From an uncultured cyanobacterium (GTDB lineage Bacteria > Cyanobacteriota > Cyanobacteriia > Cyanobacteriales > Nostocaceae): a DNA stretch of 64,000 nt. Numbering within the stretch: the stretch's first letter is position 1; each line of letters starts with the position of its first letter. The translations under genes were made by a program, and so were the position numbers. Under the pieces are notes generated by a model. That model worked only from the letters and a program-made list of their open reading frames with translations. It was not told where the DNA came from and did not search any database. Below are positions 41,289-49,720 of the stretch, piece after piece. The stretch spans positions 1,920,001 through 1,984,000 of the forward strand of contig CAVUDP010000002.1 in the NCBI GenBank assembly GCA_963740315.1. Reading direction: 5' to 3'.

Positions 41289-41704
41289 GTTGTAGGTTGG
41301 GTTAGACACGAAAACAATATTTAATAGTAACGAGAATATTTATTCATCGTGTCGTAACCCAACATTAGTTACACAAAATAATCAAGGTTCGTAGTAAGGG
41401 CTTCAGCCCTCAAATCAAGGAACCAATGCCCTTACTACAAACCTAAATAATTCACAATGGAACATCATTCAGAAGTTGCTGAGTAGAATTGATCGGTTGT
41501 AGGTTGGGTTAGACAAGAAAGCGATATTTAATAGTAACGAGAATATTTATTCATCGTGTCGTAACCCAACACTAGTTACACAAAATAATCAAGGTTCGTA
41601 GTAAGGGCATTGGTTCCCTTAATTAGAGGACTGAAGTCCCTACTACGAACCTAAAAAATTCACAATGGAGCATCATTAAGAAGTTGCTGGGTAGAATTAA
41701 TCAG
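41289..41704. repeat. Two diverged ~207 bp tandem copies (REP-like elements + patatin 3' end)
   Basis: Units start 41289 and 41496. Confidence 0.88.
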
Positions 41705-42667
41705 CAACTCTTGAGATTGACGATACTCTCTAACTGCAATCAAAGAATCAATAATTGGATTTAAACAGCGTTTTGCATCTTCATAACCTTGCTGTTTTAA
41801 TTTCGTAATTCGCTGACTGCTGAAATCTAACCAACTATCTACTACACCCACAACAGGAATCTCTGATTTATTAATAGCTTTGTCCGGTCTAATTTCAATA
41901 ATTGTTTGTTCGGGAAAGTCATTACGATTCCACACCGAACCATTTTTTAAATGAATTACAATCACGTTTTTACATCCGCGTTTAGCTAAAGCTGTTAGCG
42001 GTACATTATCAACCAAACCACCATCAATATAATTTTTACCGTTAACTTCTCGACTGGGAAATGCAAGAGGAAGAGCAGCACTTGCTAACAGTAAATTATA
42101 AATAGTTTCATCATCCATACAGTCTTGTAAACACAGCCAACAAGCACCAGCACCCGTTTTTGCACGAATCAAATTAATTAACAAGTCGTAACCCAAACCG
42201 GGAATTTTTAAAGAAGGAAATACCGTCACCCATAATTCAATATTTTTTCGTAAGGTATTAGGATGAACGGCTTGTTTTAATAATTGTTCGATGGGTTCGG
42301 GGTCAAAAATTGAGGTTTTATTATTCTTAAATCCTTGTTTGATTAAAAAATCAACTAACCAGTGTCTTAAATTAGGAGTAAAAGCTAGAGTAGCGTAGCT
42401 AAGAGTTTGGAGAATTGTAGCTGTATGAGGACGTAATATTTCCGCTTCTCCTAACTGTTCCCAAAATTTATTTAAACGCTCTACGGCATGGGAAAATGGA
42501 AAATAAGATGATAAAACCGCACCATTTAAAGCACCGATGCTTGTTCCAGCAATGATTTGTGGTTGCAATCCTAATTCAGCAATATATCGAACAGCACCAG
42601 CTTGATAAGCACCTTTAGCACCACCACCAGTTAATACAAGTCCGAATTCAGGTTGATTTAATTTCAT
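41660..42667 (-). CDS. Patatin-like phospholipase
   Basis: GGGAKG, GTSIG catalytic Ser, DGG catalytic Asp. Confidence 0.93.
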   Translation of the reverse strand: MKLNQPEFGLVLTGGGAKGAYQAGAVRYIAELGLQPQIIAGTSIGALNGAVLSSYFPFSHAVERLNKFWEQLGEAEILRPHTATILQTLSYATLAFTPNLRHWLVDFLIKQGFKNNKTSIFDPEPIEQLLKQAVHPNTLRKNIELWVTVFPSLKIPGLGYDLLINLIRAKTGAGACWLCLQDCMDDETIYNLLLASAALPLAFPSREVNGKNYIDGGLVDNVPLTALAKRGCKNVIVIHLKNGSVWNRNDFPEQTIIEIRPDKAINKSEIPVVGVVDSWLDFSSQRITKLKQQGYEDAKRCLNPIIDSLIAVREYRQSQELLINSTQQLLNDAPL

Positions 42668-42687
42668 TGGATTATTTTTACTTCAAA

Positions 42688-42882
42688 ATCTCGGAAACCT
42701 AACCCCCTAACCCCCTTCCCTACGAGGGAATGGGGGAACTGGAGTTAAAGTCCCCCTTTTTAAGGGGGATTTAGGGGGATCTTACGAGATGTGTGTACAC
42801 CGTAGTAGCCTCGTAGGAGAAAGGTACCTACGAGAAAACGCTTTGCGTTCATGGAGAGAGGTCAAAATGTGGTTTATTTACT
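42688..42882 (-). repeat. Dispersed palindromic repeat, copy 2, with nested insertions
   Basis: Ends match 36197-36312 in reverse; ~80 bp extra internal sequence. Confidence 0.72.
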
Positions 42883-43887
42883 TGAAATTATTCTTAAACA
42901 ATCATTTGCAGTTTCTTCTACCACAGCAGTAATAAACTCTCTTGCGTCGCTGGTACGAGATATAGAATTAATTTGATTCCGACAAAGCGAAACGGCAATT
43001 TGTCCGGGTTTATCTGGTTTTGCTGTTTGTGGAATTGCTAATTCCAGAGTTGTACCAATAATAAATAAATGAGGAATATCAAATAAACGTTGCTGGGAGA
43101 AAGAACGAATTTCTAATAAACTTGCTGTTAATTCTCTATCATCTTCCGTCATTAAACTAGAAGAATAATCTAATAAATCACCAATTCCAAAAAAGCTGTT
43201 AGGTAATTGTTTGTGTGTAGCAATAATTTTATTAACTAACAATTCCCGAAAACGTTGGGTGTCTCCCGTTTCCAATTCGTAAATAATTACAGCACTGCTG
43301 AAAACTTCTTTTGCGAGTAAAGCAACTTGTATAGTCCAAGGTAAATTATTATAAGTTTGTCCAGCAGCCCAAGCAGTTATTATTCTATCTAAATCTTCAT
43401 TTGCAGCAACTCGTATTTCTAATTGACGCAATCGCGTTTCAATGTTATTTATACGGGTGTTGATTTGTTCTACAAGTTGAGTTAATCTCTCTTCTTGTAA
43501 TTGTAAACACTGTTTTTGATTGCGAATAGCGTTACGTGCTTCTAACAAAGACTTTTGGGTAACTTCCAAAGCGATTTGAGAGATATTGAGAGAATCAGTA
43601 AGCTCTAAAACCCAATTGTGTAAAGCTTCTTGACCTGCAATAATGTTTCCATCAAGTAATATTCTGCGTTTACCGTCGCTACCGTCGAGTTTATCGAATA
43701 ACTTTCCGAAAAAACCGCGATTTTTGCGATAGCGAATCATGTCTTTGTTAACTTGAATTCCGTTGACTAAGTTAATTAAAGCTTTGTCGCTGACGGTGGG
43801 AATGCGGTTTTGGAGTTGTGAGAGATGGTTGGTAGAAAGGCTGATTTTATTATTAGCTAATTTCGTTAGAGGAGAAATACTTTTCAT
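42874..43887 (-). CDS. YjcZ/RdcB-family protein
   Basis: DKALINLVNGI, coiled coil, IITAWAAGQTYN and AREFITAVVEE resemble E. coli YjcZ as recalled; ATGA overlap with the dynamin gene. Confidence 0.75.
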   Translation of the reverse strand: MKSISPLTKLANNKISLSTNHLSQLQNRIPTVSDKALINLVNGIQVNKDMIRYRKNRGFFGKLFDKLDGSDGKRRILLDGNIIAGQEALHNWVLELTDSLNISQIALEVTQKSLLEARNAIRNQKQCLQLQEERLTQLVEQINTRINNIETRLRQLEIRVAANEDLDRIITAWAAGQTYNNLPWTIQVALLAKEVFSSAVIIYELETGDTQRFRELLVNKIIATHKQLPNSFFGIGDLLDYSSSLMTEDDRELTASLLEIRSFSQQRLFDIPHLFIIGTTLELAIPQTAKPDKPGQIAVSLCRNQINSISRTSDAREFITAVVEETANDCLRIISSK

Positions 43888-46268
43888 TCTTTATCCTCCA
43901 TTAAGTTATTTGTGCGTTGTAGATACATTTCTGTTTGTCGAAGCTTTTTGGCAGATTCTGAAAATAAAGCATCTAAATTAAAAGTTAATTGAGATTTTTG
44001 GTCAACTTCTATTTTTTGATCTTCTTGCGCTTGTTTTAAAGTGTTACAGTAATTATTTAAATAGTTGTCGAGATTATTAAACAATTGATTAATACGCTGT
44101 TTGAAATCATCATCTAAGTATTGATAAACATTTTGTTTAATATTTTCAATACTTTCATCAATTAATCTATTAGATTGATCGCTAATTTCTCGTAATGAAA
44201 CAGTATAGTATTCTTCTTTTGTATCTGGTCGTTTGACTCTTATTTTTTCTTTCTTTGGAACTATCCCTAACCAATGCCAAAAACTTCTTTTTTTAACTAC
44301 TTTTGTTTTATAACCTTGGTCAACCCATCTACTTTCATGGTTGATTTTAGCTTTGGGTTCATAAAGAGTAAGAGAATTTATTTTCAAATCAGGTAGTGAT
44401 AGATTAATATTAAAATTTTCATTTAGTCTTGTTTGTGCGCGTTTAATAATTGGCTGAGTCTCGTCTTCTAAAAAATCAGTTAAATTTTGACGAGCAGATT
44501 CGATATCTTTTTGAAATTCTCTGCGAACTTTTTCTAAAAAAGGCTCTATGATATTGCGTTTTACAGAAGCAATCGCATCTTCTGAAAAATATTCTGCTTG
44601 ACGTAAAGTTGGAAATTCAATTACACCTTGACTTTGTGATTGTATTTCAACGTGTCTAAACTTATTAGAAGCCCAATTAAAAAAACTTTGGGCAGCCATA
44701 CCTCCTTTTTGAATTAAATCAGCACGTTGATATCTCTCTTCGGTAAAATATGCTTCAAGAGATGCTTGAGCCTCTGTTTCTAGTTTTTCAAGAATTTTAT
44801 CTAATTTATTTTCTAAATCAACTTTGATTTTATCTACTTCTTTTAAACGATGATGACATTCTTCTAAAGATTTCAAATCTTGTTCTAATAAATCAACTTC
44901 TTGCTGTAGTTTTTCATCATCTTGATTTATCGCACTATTCCGAAGCTGTACATCATTATTCAACTCACTTAAATAATGATTTGCTATTTGCAGCGTTGAC
45001 TTCATACACCTTGGTGCAGCTTCTCTCATCAAAGCAGCGATCGCACCATTCAAAAATGGCTCGAAACCTGATTTTTTCCATAATTTATCAGCTTTTTCCT
45101 TTAATTTATCAACTGCCGCATCTTCTAATTCTTCTTCCCAATCAATTCCAAATACTTCTTGCGCTAAAGCACGTACCGTATTCATTTGGGCAACTTTCGC
45201 TTGTGGAAACTGCTGCAATTCCATCAAAAAATTTGCAGAAGTAAACGCACGTCTCGCAGAAATTTCAAAGACTCGATTTTTATCCCCAACACCAATACCA
45301 AATTCAGCAGCAACAAAATCCTCAACTTCTTGTGGATTCATATCACCATCACGACGCTGATCTATTTTATTAACTAAGACATACAGGTTATCTTTTCCCC
45401 GTATATCAATAACTCTTTGAACGTCTTCTTTAAGCTTTTCCGCAGCTTTGTTTTTTAATTGAGTAAAATCTAAAACAATTAAAACTATCGAACTTTTAGC
45501 AAGTTGTTCAGCTACAACTGGTTGAAGTCTTAAATTTTCTCCCGCTTCATTTGGTCCCGGAGTATCAACTATTACGAGTTTTCCTTGAGTTTTCGATTCT
45601 TTATTATCTTCTACAGATCGCCAAAATGGTGTTCTAATTCGAGGAACATCTTCAAGATATTGAATTGGATCTGATTGCGGATCTAAAATACTGCAAAGCC
45701 TAACAATATCATTCAAACTTGTTAAAGTATGAGCAATCTTTTTATGCCCTTCAGACTTACGAGATATTAACTCATCAACCGTTAATTCCTGAATTAACTT
45801 TGGCATTTTTTGCAGGTGAGGATAGGTTGCAAGTCTTTCTTTGACTCTTTCCGAACCTAGTTGAATAATCTTATTTCGCAAAGAAACTAAAGTCTTTTGA
45901 AAAACAGATAAAACTTTAGGACTCAAAGTTAAAACAGGTTGATCTAAATCGGCATCAAAAATAATTTCAGTAGGAAGCGTTGTCATTGCAGAATTGCGAC
46001 TGGGGAGAATATCTTGTCCTGCAACTGCATTAACAATTGTTGATTTACCAGCTTTCATTGGAGCAACAATAGCCATTCTCAACTCCAAATTTTCAACCTT
46101 ACTGGTTTCGTTTCTTATTTGTTTTTCAAAGTCAGCATACTTGTTATCAACGTTATCGGAACTTAGTGCAGTACTAGCACGGCTCATTAAATCGCTAATT
46201 TCACCTAATAACTCAATAACGTCCTGCTGCAACTCTTGTACGTTGGGAGTAAGTACTTCAGCGAGCAT
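43884..46268 (-). CDS. Dynamin-like GTPase, CrfC/YjdA(RdcA) family
   Basis: G1 APMKAGKST, G2 MTTLPT, G3 DTPGPNEAG, G4 NKID; long helical C-terminus. Confidence 0.9.
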   Translation of the reverse strand: MLAEVLTPNVQELQQDVIELLGEISDLMSRASTALSSDNVDNKYADFEKQIRNETSKVENLELRMAIVAPMKAGKSTIVNAVAGQDILPSRNSAMTTLPTEIIFDADLDQPVLTLSPKVLSVFQKTLVSLRNKIIQLGSERVKERLATYPHLQKMPKLIQELTVDELISRKSEGHKKIAHTLTSLNDIVRLCSILDPQSDPIQYLEDVPRIRTPFWRSVEDNKESKTQGKLVIVDTPGPNEAGENLRLQPVVAEQLAKSSIVLIVLDFTQLKNKAAEKLKEDVQRVIDIRGKDNLYVLVNKIDQRRDGDMNPQEVEDFVAAEFGIGVGDKNRVFEISARRAFTSANFLMELQQFPQAKVAQMNTVRALAQEVFGIDWEEELEDAAVDKLKEKADKLWKKSGFEPFLNGAIAALMREAAPRCMKSTLQIANHYLSELNNDVQLRNSAINQDDEKLQQEVDLLEQDLKSLEECHHRLKEVDKIKVDLENKLDKILEKLETEAQASLEAYFTEERYQRADLIQKGGMAAQSFFNWASNKFRHVEIQSQSQGVIEFPTLRQAEYFSEDAIASVKRNIIEPFLEKVRREFQKDIESARQNLTDFLEDETQPIIKRAQTRLNENFNINLSLPDLKINSLTLYEPKAKINHESRWVDQGYKTKVVKKRSFWHWLGIVPKKEKIRVKRPDTKEEYYTVSLREISDQSNRLIDESIENIKQNVYQYLDDDFKQRINQLFNNLDNYLNNYCNTLKQAQEDQKIEVDQKSQLTFNLDALFSESAKKLRQTEMYLQRTNNLMEDKE

Positions 46269-46611
46269 AAAATTTTATCCTATAAATGAAATGTAAATTT
46301 AATTAAAGTTAAAGTTATCAATTAATTCACATTCATTTTTGCCGATAAAAATCACAATGCAATCAGTGAAAATACAGTTGTAGGCTGTTTGATTGCGGAG
46401 CGTAACGCACCTTGATGGGAATGTTCGCTCTGATATACTCCAAATATCTATGATTGATAAAATATTTTGTTTATGGGTACCTCTCATTTACTCTTTAGTC
46501 CTATTTATAGGAATGCCAGCTATTAGCTTGGGGTTTGCAACCTCAAGCGAGTATGAAAGAAAACCCATCAATTAAACCTTATCCAGCAAAGGCTGGTAGT
46601 CATCTTTAGCC

Positions 46612-46797
46612 GTAGGTTGGGTTAGACACGAAAAGCAATATTGAACAACAACGAAAATATTTATTAATCGTGTCGTAACCCAACATTATGGTTTGAGGAG
46701 AATATTAACAATTAAAATTAAAGCGATGATGTTGGGCTAAAAGCGCATCTTAACATTTGATAAACCATAATTTACTCGCGCTTTTAACCCAACCTAC
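46612..46797. repeat. GTAG-type REP-like composite palindrome
   Basis: GTAGGTTGGGTTA...TAACCCAACCTAC. Confidence 0.8.
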
Positions 46798-46840
46798 GAG
46801 ATTGATAATTGATAATTAATAATTGATAATTGTTCATTGC

Positions 46841-47620
46841 CTAAACAAATTTCGTCAACTGCATCCGATATCTTTCTTTCTTCGTAACAGCAATTTCCCC
46901 AACTTCCAAACGTCCTTTACCGCGAATTGCAATCAAATCTCCGGTTTTTATTTGATGAGAAGATTGCTTAATATCTTTCCAATTAACCCGCACGTCACCA
47001 GCATTTATTAAATCAACCATTTTGCTGCGAGACATTCCAAAACCAGCAGAAGCGATCGCATCCAATCTTAAAGATGCTTCCACGGTGGTTAATTCTTTTT
47101 TCTTCGGTTCTCTTACTTTTAATTCACTCAAATCTATCCTTTGAGTCTTGACAGGAACCGAACGCACCTGATTCAAATTTGCTTCGAGAAAATCAGCCAA
47201 TTCCGGAACAACAACTACCTGCGCTCCACGTTCGCCAAGTACAATAATATCGCCAGTTTTCTCGCGTACAATTCCCGTTCCCAACATCGCACCCAAAAAA
47301 TCGCGATGATTCGCGGTATCAAACAGGAAATTACCAGCAATATTTAAAGCAATAAGTTCAACTTGCGACTCATCCATCATGAGATCGCTACGTGCGATCG
47401 CAATTCTTTTTCGTTCAGCTTGCGGATATCCACCCCACGCTAACAACTCCACCTCAGTTAACCGACTAAAAGCTTGTTGAGCTTCAGCCAATTCCGGTGG
47501 TGAAAGAAAATCAGTAAAAACAACTTCCCAAGTTTTAATAGCTTGTTCCGCACAATCAATTACACGCGCTACAGTATCTCGATTTTCAACGCTCTTTAAA
47601 AGTTCTTCTCTTGGCAACAT
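46841..47620 (-). CDS. YlmH/Sll1252-family S4-domain RNA-binding protein
   Basis: FTDFLSP, HRDFLGAML, SLRLDAIASAGF, IAIRGKGR. Confidence 0.93.
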   Translation of the reverse strand: MLPREELLKSVENRDTVARVIDCAEQAIKTWEVVFTDFLSPPELAEAQQAFSRLTEVELLAWGGYPQAERKRIAIARSDLMMDESQVELIALNIAGNFLFDTANHRDFLGAMLGTGIVREKTGDIIVLGERGAQVVVVPELADFLEANLNQVRSVPVKTQRIDLSELKVREPKKKELTTVEASLRLDAIASAGFGMSRSKMVDLINAGDVRVNWKDIKQSSHQIKTGDLIAIRGKGRLEVGEIAVTKKERYRMQLTKFV

Positions 47621-47627
47621 TTTATAA

Positions 47628-47714
47628 AGTTAGGAGTTAGGAATTAAGAGTTAGGAATTAGGAATTAGGAGTTAGGAATTAGGAGTTAGGAATTAGGAGT
47701 TAGGAATTAGGAGT
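47628..47714. repeat. Heptamer STRR (TTAGGAG/TTAGGAA)n
   Basis: Tandem heptamers. Confidence 0.9.
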
Positions 47715-47785
47715 TCAATTTAATTTTAGTACGAGTTGATAACGAGTTGGGGATTTCCAAATTAATAAATATCCAATTTGGATAA

Positions 47786-48049
47786 GTAGTGCGAGCATCT
47801 TGCTCGCTTGAATACAACCAGCATCTTGCTCGCTTGAATACAACCAGCAGCATCTTGCTCGCTTGAATACAGCCAGCATCTTGCTCGCTTGAATACAGCC
47901 AGCATCTTGCTCGCTTGAATACAACCAGCATCTTGCTCGCTTGAATACAACCAGCATCTTGCTCGCTTGAATACAGCCAGCATCTTGCTCGCTTGAATAC
48001 AACCAGCATCTTGCTCGCTTGAATACAACCAGCATCTTGCTCGCACTAC
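47786..48049. repeat. Tandem array of a 26-bp unit (10 core copies) bounded by GTAGTGCGAGC...GCTCGCACTAC
   Basis: Unit AGCATCTTGCTCGCTTGAATACA(A/G)CC at 47794, 47820, 47849, 47875...48031. Confidence 0.95.
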
Positions 48050-48163
48050 CGTCATTGGATAAAATCCGTTCGAGAAAAATTTAATTGTAGAAAAACAAAG
48101 AGCTTCTAGCTAGCACAACTTATTATATAAATTGTATATTTTTATTTATAATTTGATTAATTT

Positions 48164-48310
48164 CTCCCCCTCTCCCCATCTCCCCATCTCCCCATCTCCC
48201 CATCCCCCCCTCTCCCCATCCCCCCCTCTCCCCATCCCCCCCTCTCCCCATCTCCCCATCTCCCCATCCCCCCATCTCCCCCTCTCCCCATCCCCTTGTC
48301 TCCCCATCCC
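48164..48310. repeat. STRR (TCCCCATC-like)n
   Basis: Tandem 8-mers. Confidence 0.9.
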
Positions 48311-48311
48311 T

Positions 48312-48809
48312 TTACTCAGCTGCATAACCTTGAATATTCTCCGGTTCAAACTGACGTAAAAGCCTGGTTGTTTCGCGTTTGGCACTGTCAACGCCTTCGA
48401 CTATAACTATATATTTACCAGCATCCAAGCGGTTGCGATAAGGTAAAGCGTCACCACCACCAACAACTAAACCGACACCACCACCGACAAATGTGGCTCC
48501 TAAAGCACCACTACCAGCACCTAATAATCCGCCGATAAAGTGATTGCCGATAACTCCAGCCCAAGCAAAAGTATTTAACCCGGTAATTAAACTGAAAGAA
48601 AACCCAGCAAAAAATCCAAACGGTACCAGCCAATAAGACATAAACTTCGCTTGTTTTTTAGCTTGTTCTTTAGGATCGATTAAACCAAATTCATCAGCTG
48701 ATTTATAGCCTCTACCAAGTATGCTACTTTTGATGCCTTTTTTTTCTAAGGCGGTATAAGCTTCTTCTGCTATCATCCTGTCTGGAAATACTGCAACGAG
48801 ATAGTTCAT
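48312..48809 (-). CDS. Glycine-zipper membrane protein (conserved hypothetical)
   Basis: GGLLGAGSGALGATFVGGG; YRNRLDAGKYI. Confidence 0.82.
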   Translation of the reverse strand: MNYLVAVFPDRMIAEEAYTALEKKGIKSSILGRGYKSADEFGLIDPKEQAKKQAKFMSYWLVPFGFFAGFSFSLITGLNTFAWAGVIGNHFIGGLLGAGSGALGATFVGGGVGLVVGGGDALPYRNRLDAGKYIVIVEGVDSAKRETTRLLRQFEPENIQGYAAE

Positions 48810-49054
48810 TAAGGTTAAAGCTTTTATCTAAAATTTATCTGGAAAAGATTCGCTCTAACTAATAGCGTACCAGTACTATCGCCATCAATTCGATTTGTTA
48901 ATTACTGTTAAAGGGAGATGGGGAGATGGGGAGATGGGGAGATGGGGAGATGGGGAGAGGGGGAGATGGGGAGAGGGGGAGAATTTTAACCTTTAACCTT
49001 TAACCTTTGACCTTAATTACTCCTAACTATTCCCAATCCCCCATGCCCCATCCT

Positions 49055-49438
49055 TTATTCTTCAGTAACTAAATCTAAAGGTTCGCAAAATTCCGGTATA
49101 CCTTGCTTAAAAACATAAAGTAAAACCGGAGTTACTAATACAGTGGGGAATGTGGGCGTTTTTTGGATTTGTTCCATTAGTTTGTCTACAGAACCTTCTT
49201 GCAAATCCGCACGCCATTCTTCCTGACAAATTAGCGATCGCCATTTTTTCGCTAAACTATCCAACCATTCGGAATTAGCAATTTCTGGCTGTTGTCCGGC
49301 TTTTATAGCTAATGTCATTGCGGCATCTTCCAAATCTCCGTCGCAATCTTCAATCAAATCTAATGCTTGCAACGCTGGAGGATAACTGGCAAATGTAGAG
49401 CGAAATCGGGCAATTTCTTGTGATGTAACTGTAGTCAT
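49055..49438 (-). CDS. Conserved cyanobacterial hypothetical protein
   Basis: ALDLIEDCDGDLEDAA motif. Confidence 0.8.
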   Translation of the reverse strand: MTTVTSQEIARFRSTFASYPPALQALDLIEDCDGDLEDAAMTLAIKAGQQPEIANSEWLDSLAKKWRSLICQEEWRADLQEGSVDKLMEQIQKTPTFPTVLVTPVLLYVFKQGIPEFCEPLDLVTEE

Positions 49439-49720
49439 AAGAATATCGTATTATCAGATAAATCTTACAGCATTTTAACTACAAAAAGTTAGCTATAATA
49501 CAAATTAGATATAAGCGACGGTACAGGTTTAACAGTTTCTAACCCTAAATAATTAATTTTTTAAAATAATTTTAAATTTGAAAGAAAGCGATCGCACACC
49601 ATGTTGATTGTTGTAAATAAAACCCTAATAACACCTAAAAAACGTAATTAGTCAAAAGTTTCTAGTTACAAGTTTAAACACTAATGACTAATTACTATTT
49701 ACTAATAACTAATAGTTAAC

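Noticed and set aside
41660..42667. CBASS system
   Set aside because: Patatin is present but no CD-NTase or Cap2/Cap3 gene is nearby
47786..48049. Possible CRISPR array
   Set aside because: Units are contiguous with no unique spacers; no cas genes in the window
47707..48055. Three ~100-aa repetitive ORFs
   Set aside because: Translations of the 26-bp tandem repeat
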